Positions 41,301 through 51,993 of a stretch of DNA of 64,000 nucleotides are shown here, one piece after another. The position numbers and the translations under genes are program-made. Each line of letters opens with the position of its first letter. The stretch's first letter is position 1. This DNA is from a virus: positions 32,770-96,769 of the IMG/VR virus record IMGVR_UViG_3300045988_069781. One strand, given 5' to 3'. Below the pieces are notes generated by a model. It was not told where the DNA came from. It was given only the letters and a program-made list of their open reading frames with translations, and did not search any database.

Positions 41301-41818
41301 GTACCTTCTGAATCATTGTACTTTGCTAATATCGTGTTATACTTTTCAGAATTGGCTTCTAAATTGTTTTTAAGAATTTCATATTGCTGTAAGGTATTTT
41401 GATATTCTTGAGAGCTCTTATCCATAGTAGGTAAGACGCTTTCAAGATTCAAAAGCATTTTCTTATCATTTAAATATTGTAATTCATAATCAATATCTTC
41501 AATAACAGGATTAATGTCTTTTACTAATTTAGCTCTTTCAGACATCAGATTAATTTGATCTCTATTATTAGCAAAAGTAGTCCAAGCATCCCTTAAATAA
41601 CTCTTATCCTTTAGTGTTTCTTCTGGAGTTTCTTTATTTAACAGATACGCATATTCATAATCATCTAATGGAGTTGTTTCTAAGTTCCTATCATAACCTG
41701 TTTTAATATTAGTGATAGGAGAATACTGAGCATTGACCGTATCCATAGCCTTACCTAATAAGGCTGCTTTGCTAGGTGTATTGTCAGTAGGATATTGACC
41801 TAATATAGATTTTTCCAT
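32396..41818 (-). CDS. virion RNA polymerase exon 1 (3141 aa) with zincin-like HExxH domain
   Basis: 9.4-kb ORF ending ...LTGSDFD directly before a TAA that I interpret as intronic. HEAYH metallopeptidase-like motif (GTLYHEAYHRISLL). Long acidic disordered linker. A size and context of this kind are known only for crAss-like virion RNAP genes. Confidence 0.8.
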
Positions 41819-41821
41819 ATA

Positions 41822-43657
41822 TTATTGTAATAAACTGTTTATTAAACTATCATAAGCATCAGTAAATGATTGCTCATAATTATCATTCTGTAATTTTGAA
41901 CCACCATGAATATCATTAACTTCTTGATCAAATGTCATTCTAGTCATACCATGTGGATCAATCGGCTCCATTGTATCAAATGTAAAATATTCACCAGTTA
42001 ATGGTACATTCCCACCATAAGCATCATTGTAATCTTTTTTATCAATAGGCTTGACATTTAAACCTGTTTCTGCAGATATACCCATTGAATTACTAACCAT
42101 AGATTTAAAACTATCTACATCATATCCAGCATTCTTAATAGCTTGTAAAGGTATTCTTACACTTACTCTCTGCATTAATTGAGGAATGCCATCTACCACT
42201 GATGACATGATTCTACCTCTAGGAGTTTTGATAACGTCTTTGAATACTCCAGATTTTAAATCTTCCGCAAAGTTTCTTTCTAATCCATTTGTAGTTTCTA
42301 CATTGTATTTAATAGAAGGAACCTTCATGATTTTATTTACAAAATCAGTAGCTAATATTAAACCACCTGTGTCTGGTGTAACATATCCTTTAGTTACTGA
42401 ACCGCCTAAATTAATATCAATTTCATTAGAACTCTTAACTTTATTGTAACTATTAAGAATCATACCAGAAGAAGGGTATGTAATATCGTTCAGTACTCTA
42501 GTAGCTGCATCGTAATACTGAGGTAATTTATCAGCTCTTACTCCAGTTTTAGGAAATATTTCTCCAGCTTTGGTTGCAAACAGGTTAGCAATATCATTAG
42601 CAGTTGCATCTGACATTTCTTTTCCATAATCCTTTACTAAGGAATTATATTCTTTTGGAGTAATAGTACCGGCCATTAATGCTGATGCAGCTTCTTGGAA
42701 TTTATTAGTTACAAATCTAGTTTGTGAATATACTGGACTATTTTCTAACTGACGTTTTTCAAATACTACTGCATCATTATATAGCTTTTTATAAGCGTCA
42801 GGGTAATCTACAGATTCTTTTTCTGTACCTTTCTTCTTTAATTTAGCAGTTTCTAATGCTTGCTTATATTTCAACGCTTGCATAGCATAAGGATCTACAG
42901 TAGGACTTTTACGAATATATTCTTGATTATCTGTATAAGCTCTTTGCATGAAAGCATTAGCTGCATCTTCTTCTGTTGATCCGGGATGATTTCTCATCCA
43001 CGTTTGCATATGCATTTGTGCTTGCGGAGTAGATAGTATTCCACTTCTATTGGCATCCAGTATGTCTTTAATTTGCTGTCCTGTAACACCGGTCCAAATA
43101 AATCCACCTTCTCTACCAAGATAGCTATCCTTCAAATTATTTACATATTCATTAGTTAAGTCTTTTATAGAAGAATAAGCTAAAGGAACTTCATTAAATA
43201 ATCCTGAAGTAGTAGTATCCCAGTTAGTAAAATCTCTATCATGCCATAGTGAATTATATTTGTCGTGCAACATTAAAATTTGAACTTGCTTTGCATATTC
43301 ATCAAAATTGGCAGCATTCTGTTTTAATGCAGAAAGTTTAGCTCTATCTACATTATTTATTGCGGATTGTAGAGCCATTTGCCATTCCATACTCTTTATT
43401 GCTTCTGGATTCTTAGCAGCTTGATCAATAATCGGAAGTACTTTACCTCTAGTTTCTGCATCCCACGTTTGCATATCTTTCATAGACCTAGAACGAAATT
43501 CAGCCCATGAGTTTGCAGCAGTTCTATAATCTGCTAAAGCTTTGTCAACTCTTTCATTTGCCTGCTTACCCAATGTGTATAATTGTTCAAAAGGAATTGG
43601 AACATAGGTGTCTATAAATTGAGCTTGTGCAGGATTGTCATATCTATTTACTGCCAT
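41822..43657 (-). CDS. virion structural protein (611 aa)
   Basis: ORF packed 3 nt from its neighbours in the late block. Confidence 0.8.
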   Translation of the reverse strand: MAVNRYDNPAQAQFIDTYVPIPFEQLYTLGKQANERVDKALADYRTAANSWAEFRSRSMKDMQTWDAETRGKVLPIIDQAAKNPEAIKSMEWQMALQSAINNVDRAKLSALKQNAANFDEYAKQVQILMLHDKYNSLWHDRDFTNWDTTTSGLFNEVPLAYSSIKDLTNEYVNNLKDSYLGREGGFIWTGVTGQQIKDILDANRSGILSTPQAQMHMQTWMRNHPGSTEEDAANAFMQRAYTDNQEYIRKSPTVDPYAMQALKYKQALETAKLKKKGTEKESVDYPDAYKKLYNDAVVFEKRQLENSPVYSQTRFVTNKFQEAASALMAGTITPKEYNSLVKDYGKEMSDATANDIANLFATKAGEIFPKTGVRADKLPQYYDAATRVLNDITYPSSGMILNSYNKVKSSNEIDINLGGSVTKGYVTPDTGGLILATDFVNKIMKVPSIKYNVETTNGLERNFAEDLKSGVFKDVIKTPRGRIMSSVVDGIPQLMQRVSVRIPLQAIKNAGYDVDSFKSMVSNSMGISAETGLNVKPIDKKDYNDAYGGNVPLTGEYFTFDTMEPIDPHGMTRMTFDQEVNDIHGGSKLQNDNYEQSFTDAYDSLINSLLQ

Positions 43658-43659
43658 AA

Positions 43660-45537
43660 TTATACTGTTAAACTATCAACTAAACTATTTACTGCACCAT
43701 ATCTTAAGAAATTCTGTAAGTAAGGTAATATCTGACGATCTCTACGTGCCTGATTACGCATCTTTTCTTTAGTCTGAGACCATTGACCCAATTGACCAGC
43801 AGCAGTGGCACCAAAATTTCTTGCAGCAGCTCTATTACGAGCGTTTAAGTCATTAGTAAGTACAGTATTCTGTACATATTGTTGACCTAAATTGTTCATC
43901 ATATTTGCGTATTCGCCTAAATATTGATTATTAGCATTATCTCTATTAGCGTATACTGAAGCATTCTGAGCATATTCCCCAGTAGCTAATTGATTTCCAT
44001 ATGCTAAATTCATACCCGTGTTAGGATTGAGTTTAGCCATGTTATTACGAGCGATTGCTCTAGATCTTCTATTAGCTGCAAGAGTGGGTTCTATATTAAC
44101 TCTACGACTAGCCATAGCTCTATTAATAGCCCCAGTATAAGGATTAAGGACTTGATCTTCTGTTTCAGGTCTACGTCTACTTTGAATCCAATTATACAGT
44201 ATAGGAGATAAACCAGACAGACTGCCAAAGTTAGATGAAGACTTACCAGGTGTTTTAATCTCATCTGGTGTTAATGTAGGGTTAAATTCTTCAATATTTA
44301 ACAATGGAGCATAAATAGGATCAGATGTTAAAGACGGATTAAAATCTTCAACATCCAGTAAAGGAGCTTGATTAAGAGAGTTAGTGGCTTTAGCAGACTT
44401 ACTTGCTGGGGTAGGTTTCCTAACAGATTTAACTTTTGTTATGGGTGCTGCACCAGGTAATGATACTTCAGGGAGATCGTATAAAGGTTCATTTACACCT
44501 ACAGGTATTGTCTCCCCAGTAATAGGGTTTACGCCTTGTGTAGGTACAGCTTCTCCATAAGGGGCTGCAGTCATACTAGAATTAGTAGAATTCCAATACT
44601 TTCTACTACCTAAACCACCTCGTTGATTTAAACCATTTATGTCGAATGCTTCATTCATTGCACTATTGGCAGTTGTAGCTTTTGTTGGTTCTGTAAAGAA
44701 CTTTTTTAAAGCATCAGCATAAATACCAAAAGCTTCACCACTCAATAAAGGTATTTCTTTACCCAGTTTTCTAGATTTACCATCTGCATATGCCGGTATT
44801 CCTTTTACTTTGGGTTTGACACCTTTTTTAGCTTTAACTGCTTCTTGTTCTGTAAGCAATTGTTCATACATTGCATTTGCATTTATCTGATTTAATCTAT
44901 CAGCATTGCGAGCAAATCTATCTTTTCCTTTACTTCCTTTAGTCATATTAACTAATTTTTTACCTTCTTGTGCAAATGTTTTATTTGTACCCGGTCTTTT
45001 AATTTTATCAGATAAAACAGAATCAAGATTAGAAGCATTTACTAAATGATTATCTGTACCTGGTTTACTATTAGGTACTTGTTCAATATTACCAAAATCG
45101 TCTCTTATTACTTCATTATTATCTACATAAGCTAAATCTGGTAATATACCACCATTTTCAAAAGTGTAAGCTAGAGAATTATCATCCCAATATTCTTGTT
45201 CAAGTGTGGCTGCGTTACCTTTCCCCATTGCTATTTCTTTAGCATTTGCTTTAATACGTTTTTGCTTATTAATTGCATTCTTTCTAAAGATACCTGATAC
45301 AAGGTTTCCAACACCACCTACAACTCCACCTACCGCTGTACCAATACCAGGAAGAATAGCAGAACCTACAGAAGCACCTTTGGCAGCACCTCCTAGAGTA
45401 CTGCCAGCAATATCTGCACCAGATCCTTCTTCTGTAAAGCCTTGTAAACCAGCTCCCAATATAGAAGCAATTTCTAAACCTTGATCTATACCAAAAGCGT
45501 AAGCTGGAACTTTCTTTTTATTTATTTTCTTTTTCAT
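43660..45537 (-). CDS. virion protein with glycine-rich N-terminus (625 aa)
   Basis: The N-terminus, GAGLQGF...GGAAKGASVGSAILPGIGTAVGGVVGGVGNLVSG, is membrane-active-like. The C-terminus is N/Q/R-rich. Confidence 0.8.
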   Translation of the reverse strand: MKKKINKKKVPAYAFGIDQGLEIASILGAGLQGFTEEGSGADIAGSTLGGAAKGASVGSAILPGIGTAVGGVVGGVGNLVSGIFRKNAINKQKRIKANAKEIAMGKGNAATLEQEYWDDNSLAYTFENGGILPDLAYVDNNEVIRDDFGNIEQVPNSKPGTDNHLVNASNLDSVLSDKIKRPGTNKTFAQEGKKLVNMTKGSKGKDRFARNADRLNQINANAMYEQLLTEQEAVKAKKGVKPKVKGIPAYADGKSRKLGKEIPLLSGEAFGIYADALKKFFTEPTKATTANSAMNEAFDINGLNQRGGLGSRKYWNSTNSSMTAAPYGEAVPTQGVNPITGETIPVGVNEPLYDLPEVSLPGAAPITKVKSVRKPTPASKSAKATNSLNQAPLLDVEDFNPSLTSDPIYAPLLNIEEFNPTLTPDEIKTPGKSSSNFGSLSGLSPILYNWIQSRRRPETEDQVLNPYTGAINRAMASRRVNIEPTLAANRRSRAIARNNMAKLNPNTGMNLAYGNQLATGEYAQNASVYANRDNANNQYLGEYANMMNNLGQQYVQNTVLTNDLNARNRAAARNFGATAAGQLGQWSQTKEKMRNQARRDRQILPYLQNFLRYGAVNSLVDSLTV

Positions 45538-45538
45538 A

Positions 45539-48500
45539 TTATATCAATGAATATCTGTATGCTGTACTAATATAAGGAACTTTAAATGTATTACCACCAT
45601 TACAATCATACTTATAATGACAGATTAAATATTTCCCTTTCATTCTATCTCTATAGGATTTGTTTACTAACTCTTCAGCTTCATTTAATTCTCTACTACT
45701 ACGAGGAACACAGAATTTATAAGTATCTTCTCTATAATCTATATCATCCTGAGTAAGAGTGAAACTAGTTTGCCTTTTAGTTTCAAAGTATATGTTATCA
45801 AAGTTAGTATCGTAAGTAAAGTCACCACCATATTCGACATTATCAAATGTTTTAGTTTGAGGGTACTTATCATTTACTATAAATCTAACATAAGATATCT
45901 TATCTTTACCAGTAAACATATCTAATTCATTACCTGAGTTATACTTATATACAGCTAAATTCTTATATATCATTAGTTTATCTGTAAATTCAGCATACCA
46001 ATCAGGTCTATAAGTATAGAATGAAGTAAAAGCTCCAACTTGTTCATTAAATACTAAAGTCTTATCTTCTAGAGTAAGAAGAACTTCATTATATTTTTTA
46101 TCATATACAGATATAGGATCATTTGTAATTATATCCTTATTATCGTGTAAATAAGATTGTACACCTTTTAATTTAGATACAGTACGTAATTGATTATCAA
46201 AACCACATATTTCATTTCTATCAGCATCATACCAGTATACTGTACTATCTGATTGTGTTGCAGTTCTTAATTGATTCTCTTTAGAACCGTTCTTGGTAGT
46301 AAAGTAATCAAATCTAGTTAATACACCACCAGTACCTAACGTAAGTGCACCTGCATTATTATCTTGGATAAGAGAACGTTCATTTACAGCAAGTGTGCCA
46401 AAAGCGTCAGTTTGCCAGAACAACAAGTTATTTTTAAATAACTTTAAATTGTTTATAGAACCAAATCTGGTATCAACATCTAAGTAATTAGCAACCCTGA
46501 ATTTAGTCCACGAATCAGTTACTTCCAAGTTAGTCTTAGGTTCTGAGTTCATTACTCTGGTGTCTGTATGTAAATTATCTATACTATATATTGATTTACT
46601 AACATAGTTTTTAGCTCTAGGTTGAGCAGAATAAGCATCATTATAAGCATATAATGGCGTATTCTGAACATATATAGAACCTACTTGTACTATATCATTC
46701 TCTACAAAGTGATTTGCATAGCCTGTACCAGACTCATAAGTCTTAGCTGTACCTACGGTATCCGTTCTCAATGAGAGATTAATAGAAGATTCTAACGGTA
46801 TATAAGCACCATTATATGCTCTAATTCTTTCATTATCTGGTTGTTCATAATTATCACTAGCATTATGATATGCAAACATACAATTAGCATAATCTAATAC
46901 ACCAACGTATGTATCACCACCAAATACGTTTACTTTAGTATTACTATTGTCTTTCGCATTGACATAAGATCCTGTACTTATATATACAGAGTTCTGTCTT
47001 GTAGCATAACTATTACCACCATAAGGTGTTACAGATTGTCTTAAATTGGCAATGAGAATTGCATTAGCGCTTTCTGGTCCAGCAGCTAATTCTGGTACTT
47101 CACCAATCATGGTATTACGAGAAGTCATATCTATACTCTGGAATATTGCACATATACCATGAGGTCCTACCTTTCTGACATTGTTATCATCATAATCAGT
47201 GGCTCTAGATACATCACCATATACCCAGTTATAGTACACCATACTACCCACATTAGTAGCTTTGGTTTTCCAAGCGTCATCGTCTAAGTCAAACGGTTCA
47301 GTATTAGTGGCAATAGTAATATCCTGAATAGTTGCTGAGTTATAACCGCCCGTAGTGACCTTATTATAATACTTAGCTAATGTAGCATCATACCAAGATT
47401 CTGCACCCATATAAATAGCATTATCGGCATCAGAGCCTTTCATAGAATCTCCAAAAGCACCTACACGAGTATATGCCCAACCACTGTTCTTAGCCCAGCT
47501 ATTACCGGTATTAGTTGTTACATTCTTTAAATCATGTTTTGAAGCCTTTGCTCCAACTAATACTTTAGCTTTTTCTCCTTCTGGTTTAACTCTATCATTA
47601 GCTGGTGTACCATTACCCATGTCAGGATCTGGAGTAATAGAAGATCTTAGACGATAAATGCCTTTAATCTCTGTAGCTCTACCTGCTACTTCAGCAGCAT
47701 TCTCTCTATTTACACATATCTCTGGCGATATAAACAAGAAATACTCACTAGCATTCTGACTACTGAAATCAAATGCGTGTGCATATTTATTATTCTGTGA
47801 TACCAAACCATGTGAAGTGGAGTAAGTAAGATATGGAAAAGCAGTTAATTGATTTGTATTATCATAATTACAAACACAACTAACAGCTCCTTGCATCAAT
47901 ATTGTCCTATCTGAAATAGTTCTTTCACATCTTACAATCTCATAACCAGTAATCTTCTTACTTTGGATTAAATCACTTGGTATATTAATTGTGAATTGTA
48001 CACCTAATGGATGTGTAACTACTTCTAGACTATTAGTAGTACTACCACCAATATCTACTCGCATACCTGAAGTAAAGATGTTGTAACCAGGTGCACTAGC
48101 TTTAGGCATTCTTATATCTGCAATCCAGTGTGCAGAAGATGCTACATTTTCTTCATTGTAAAATACAATAGCAAAACGATATATTTCATCTCTCATATAA
48201 CCCCTTGCCATTGATTCTACTTCACTATTACTATAGTTTAATACTTTAGCAGTAGCATCAGCAAAAGATAAAGACCCTGCATCTGACCAGGAACCATCTT
48301 CCTCAATGTTATATAAATCTAGAGTAGATGTAGAACGTGCTTTAGAGTTTAATGAGAAAGAATCTTCAGCGAAACCTGTTCTAGATGTAGGGGCATCACT
48401 TTCAATTAGATTTGTTTTTATAAATCTATATGAAATATTTTTACCTATACCGCCATATACATACTTACCTGTAGCATCTGGAGCATATAAATACTGACTA

Positions 48501-49663
48501 GTATCATCATAGTTTGCAGGACAAATACAGTCGTGATTAGTTGGTATATCTTTAGTACTTATTTCTGAAGTAGAAAATGTTATAGAATCTTGTCCAGATG
48601 TAGAAGTTAATAATATTTGACCATTCTTATTACATCTATATGCTCTAGCATCAAATTCATCATCACTAATATCCCAGGTTTGTTCAGTGATATTAGCCGC
48701 AAATAACATATTGTCTTTAGATTCTATTACTTTGGGAGTAAACAAATAAGTACTTAAACCATTGAATTCTTCTAGAGTAAGCTCATCAATAACTGAACCA
48801 CCTTTATCTTCATACACTAAAGTATTATTTGAAATACTTATTTCATCTATTACTGTGATAACTGGTTCTGCAGTATTACTAGAGTAATATAGAGAGATTA
48901 TTCTAGCTCTACTAAAAGAGTTAGTATCAACAGTAGTCTGTAGTTTAATGGACCTATTAGTAGTTTCTTCTTTAGAACTACCATAGATATCTTGGCTGTT
49001 AGTATTTTCTAAACTTCTAGATACTGTAATAATTGGAGATAAAACAGATATGGACGTTTCAGATGTTCTGGGATTAAACAATTGATAACAATATTGATAC
49101 TTACCTGCTTTCAATCCACCTGTACCTAAACCTTTAAAGAATAAAGGTGGTAATTGACTCTTTGGTGATATGTTTAAAGAGTCTACATTAAGATTAGGAT
49201 GAGTTGTAGCTACATTCAATACTCTAATCTGATGTACACCATCACACCAGTATATCTTAACTAAATCGTCAGATTCCCATTTACAAACACTACTAACAGC
49301 ATAATGACCATCTATAATAGGAATATCCAATGCTACATTGGACGCTACTGTAGTCACTATAGGTTCAGTTTCAGATGCACCAAAATCGTATCTATAGATA
49401 TTGAAGTTACTACCTTTCTTAGTAAACACAATTGCCCAATCCCTAATTGTATTTGTATGGACTATTGTTTCACCATTCAAAGTCAATGTAGGATTGAGCT
49501 TACGAACGCCTTCAATATTCTGCATTACTCCAGTAGAACTATTATCATTGGCAATAATACGTATATTTTCTGCCCATTGATACTGGTCTGAACTTATGAC
49601 TGAATAATCTAAGTCACAATTCATACCCTTTGTCCACGTGTTTGTTTGTCTTTGTGCATTCAT
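45539..49663 (-). CDS. large tail/baseplate-like structural protein (1374 aa)
   Basis: 4.1-kb ORF with beta-rich, S/T/N/Y/G-rich composition. Confidence 0.8.
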   Translation of the reverse strand: MNAQRQTNTWTKGMNCDLDYSVISSDQYQWAENIRIIANDNSSTGVMQNIEGVRKLNPTLTLNGETIVHTNTIRDWAIVFTKKGSNFNIYRYDFGASETEPIVTTVASNVALDIPIIDGHYAVSSVCKWESDDLVKIYWCDGVHQIRVLNVATTHPNLNVDSLNISPKSQLPPLFFKGLGTGGLKAGKYQYCYQLFNPRTSETSISVLSPIITVSRSLENTNSQDIYGSSKEETTNRSIKLQTTVDTNSFSRARIISLYYSSNTAEPVITVIDEISISNNTLVYEDKGGSVIDELTLEEFNGLSTYLFTPKVIESKDNMLFAANITEQTWDISDDEFDARAYRCNKNGQILLTSTSGQDSITFSTSEISTKDIPTNHDCICPANYDDTSQYLYAPDATGKYVYGGIGKNISYRFIKTNLIESDAPTSRTGFAEDSFSLNSKARSTSTLDLYNIEEDGSWSDAGSLSFADATAKVLNYSNSEVESMARGYMRDEIYRFAIVFYNEENVASSAHWIADIRMPKASAPGYNIFTSGMRVDIGGSTTNSLEVVTHPLGVQFTINIPSDLIQSKKITGYEIVRCERTISDRTILMQGAVSCVCNYDNTNQLTAFPYLTYSTSHGLVSQNNKYAHAFDFSSQNASEYFLFISPEICVNRENAAEVAGRATEIKGIYRLRSSITPDPDMGNGTPANDRVKPEGEKAKVLVGAKASKHDLKNVTTNTGNSWAKNSGWAYTRVGAFGDSMKGSDADNAIYMGAESWYDATLAKYYNKVTTGGYNSATIQDITIATNTEPFDLDDDAWKTKATNVGSMVYYNWVYGDVSRATDYDDNNVRKVGPHGICAIFQSIDMTSRNTMIGEVPELAAGPESANAILIANLRQSVTPYGGNSYATRQNSVYISTGSYVNAKDNSNTKVNVFGGDTYVGVLDYANCMFAYHNASDNYEQPDNERIRAYNGAYIPLESSINLSLRTDTVGTAKTYESGTGYANHFVENDIVQVGSIYVQNTPLYAYNDAYSAQPRAKNYVSKSIYSIDNLHTDTRVMNSEPKTNLEVTDSWTKFRVANYLDVDTRFGSINNLKLFKNNLLFWQTDAFGTLAVNERSLIQDNNAGALTLGTGGVLTRFDYFTTKNGSKENQLRTATQSDSTVYWYDADRNEICGFDNQLRTVSKLKGVQSYLHDNKDIITNDPISVYDKKYNEVLLTLEDKTLVFNEQVGAFTSFYTYRPDWYAEFTDKLMIYKNLAVYKYNSGNELDMFTGKDKISYVRFIVNDKYPQTKTFDNVEYGGDFTYDTNFDNIYFETKRQTSFTLTQDDIDYREDTYKFCVPRSSRELNEAEELVNKSYRDRMKGKYLICHYKYDCNGGNTFKVPYISTAYRYSLI

Positions 49664-50607
49664 TATATAGTAGCATTATAAATTATTTGACGTTCCCCAG
49701 TATGACTATAAAAAGAATTATGGTCTCTAAATTCAGGTACAATTTTATTCCAATTGTTTTTTATAGATTCTAGACCATCTTCATTAGGCATTAATGCTTC
49801 AGCATATGCTTGATTCCTATAGAAATTCCAAGATCTACGAATATCATAATACACTTCCCTATTCATTCTGCCATTAAGATACTCTGGGTATTTCATTTTC
49901 ATTGTAACATACCAGTAAATAGCTTCTTTATAAGACATTAAGTCTGGTATCAACGGATAACTTTCTTCATCAGTAGGTATAGCACTGTATGATAACTTTA
50001 AGTAACCATTAGGTACATTAGTCATTATAAAACCTGGTTTCACGGTATATTGAAAACCTAAACTAGGATTTGTGGAGCTTATAGAATTTAAACTGTGAAT
50101 ATCATAAGTATGCAAATTAATTAAATTTGATAAGATAGTTCTAAGATTTTGATTACTATTAATCATTTCAATAGCTTCAGTCTTATCAATATTTCCGTAC
50201 ATATCAACCACCAGATTCACCAAAGTATCATTCTGAATGATCATTTCCGGAGTAAGACATTCACAGTTTTTATTTTCACAGCAATTGTCACCACATCCCC
50301 AAACAGCAAATGATCCTGTTGCTTTCCTCATAGGAAACCAAGGACCATTGCAATTAAATGAGTATGCCACTTGATGCAATTGATGTAGATCACAAGGCAG
50401 TGGAGCTTGATGACAATTGATCTTTACTGCGGGAACTCCCTCAACACCGGTAACTTTAGGTATAAATTGAGTAATAGCACCTATTTGTTCAATAGCTTCT
50501 CCACACCATTCTGTGATATCACTAATCTTAGTGTCATCTTCTTTGAGATCTAGGTCTGCTATGATCTTTGCTATTACAGTCTTTACAGATGTTAATTTTG
50601 TAATCAT
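49663..50607 (-). CDS. structural protein with Cys-rich cluster (314 aa)
   Basis: 1-nt overlap with the neighbouring gene. Cys cluster WGCGDNCCENKNCEC. Confidence 0.7.
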   Translation of the reverse strand: MITKLTSVKTVIAKIIADLDLKEDDTKISDITEWCGEAIEQIGAITQFIPKVTGVEGVPAVKINCHQAPLPCDLHQLHQVAYSFNCNGPWFPMRKATGSFAVWGCGDNCCENKNCECLTPEMIIQNDTLVNLVVDMYGNIDKTEAIEMINSNQNLRTILSNLINLHTYDIHSLNSISSTNPSLGFQYTVKPGFIMTNVPNGYLKLSYSAIPTDEESYPLIPDLMSYKEAIYWYVTMKMKYPEYLNGRMNREVYYDIRRSWNFYRNQAYAEALMPNEDGLESIKNNWNKIVPEFRDHNSFYSHTGERQIIYNATI

Positions 50608-50616
50608 ATTGTATAA

Positions 50617-51075
50617 TTATAATTCGATGTAATCTCTTACATGCTGCTTTAATATTTGTGCCAGACGTCTCTTATTATCCCTAGTCATTATCAGTTGATA
50701 TTTTGTTTTATTCTTAGTAAGCATATTCTGTTTATTCCAATAATAACGATACTTATATCCCCCAGTATGTTCATTCAAATGGTATATGATCTTATCATAC
50801 TTCTTACTTTCAGCATAATCCATTCTCAAACTTTTACCAGTATATTCTTTAGGTTTATGCTTTACTATGGATAATGTACCCATTCTACAAGGTAATCTGA
50901 CTTCTTTTCCGTTTTCAATTATCTCGTCTCTTAAGTATCTAAAGTAATCTGAAACAATTTGTCTAAATACTTTATAAGAAACCTGATATAATGGATTGTC
51001 TTCTACGTAATTACAATAACTATCATAGAAATCAGCAATCGTATAAGCTTTTCTATTGTATTTAGTTTCTTGCAT
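50617..51075 (-). CDS. small basic protein, possible HU/IHF-like fold (152 aa)
   Basis: Basic, about 150 aa, in the position where crAss-like phages carry IHF-like genes. The call rests on weak recollection only. Confidence 0.5.
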   Translation of the reverse strand: MQETKYNRKAYTIADFYDSYCNYVEDNPLYQVSYKVFRQIVSDYFRYLRDEIIENGKEVRLPCRMGTLSIVKHKPKEYTGKSLRMDYAESKKYDKIIYHLNEHTGGYKYRYYWNKQNMLTKNKTKYQLIMTRDNKRRLAQILKQHVRDYIEL

Positions 51076-51718
51076 TCAGGTCGTTGTTAACGTCGTTTGT
51101 ACTATTGTTTGTGGTGTCACTAGGGACTCGTAACATGATATTCAATTCTCTTTCAAATATCATCTGTTTAATTATAGGTATCATATTTGCTGGTACCGGA
51201 TATGGAGTATCATCTCTATCAAAACACTCACCAGCTTGGGTAGGATCTTCTAATATACCTTCTATTTTAACATATTCTAAGTGTTCAGGACCAAGTATAT
51301 ACAGATGATTACCTTTTATATAAGCAATGTAATCACTGCAAGTATATTTTCTACTTACTTGATATTTAGCTTTGGTTTCTGTACCTAATTGAATTAAATC
51401 ACCATTCATATCTTTTACAGCAACCAAACCTAAACCAAAATGTAAGTCAATAAAATTAGGTATCTCTTCATCTGATTTGTAGTTATAACCACCAGTACAA
51501 TTACTTACTTTGGATATGTGTAAAGGCCCAATAGTTTGTATATACTCTGGATTTATATCTCTACCCTTATCTAGATCCTGTTTAATTAAATATGCTCTAT
51601 ATTGATGTATCCATTGCTCTATCTGTATGCGGGATAAGTTCTCAGATTCACTGATATTGTTATCACGTATAATTAAAAGGATATCATCTATAATAGTATT
51701 CAATGAATTAAATGTCAT
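51062..51718 (-). CDS. structural protein (218 aa)
   Basis: Start moved to the internal ATG (MTFNSLNT...) so that it overlaps the upstream gene by only 11 nt. Confidence 0.65.
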   Translation of the reverse strand: MTFNSLNTIIDDILLIIRDNNISESENLSRIQIEQWIHQYRAYLIKQDLDKGRDINPEYIQTIGPLHISKVSNCTGGYNYKSDEEIPNFIDLHFGLGLVAVKDMNGDLIQLGTETKAKYQVSRKYTCSDYIAYIKGNHLYILGPEHLEYVKIEGILEDPTQAGECFDRDDTPYPVPANMIPIIKQMIFERELNIMLRVPSDTTNNSTNDVNNDLNARN

Positions 51719-51992
51719 AATCTTCAGTATTTGCACTCCATTTATCTGAAGCAATTAAACTATTGAATTCTGTTGTTGCAGCTTCATATACTGGAAAAGG
51801 ATAATTCGCAGTATTATTATTTTCATCTTCTTCCAGTGTCATTACAGGCGGAAACAACGTATCATAATGCTCGATATGAAGCATAACTTCTGTTCCATCT
51901 GTACTCATTCTTGGACTGTCTATACCTAATTTTTTCTTTATTTCTTCCGGTATAGTATCAAACAGTTCTCTTGGAATTACTATATATCTCAT
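51708..51992 (-). CDS. hypothetical protein (94 aa)
   Basis: ATG ORF packed against the gene at 51994. Confidence 0.6.
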   Translation of the reverse strand: MRYIVIPRELFDTIPEEIKKKLGIDSPRMSTDGTEVMLHIEHYDTLFPPVMTLEEDENNNTANYPFPVYEAATTEFNSLIASDKWSANTEDYDI

Positions 51993-51993
51993 C

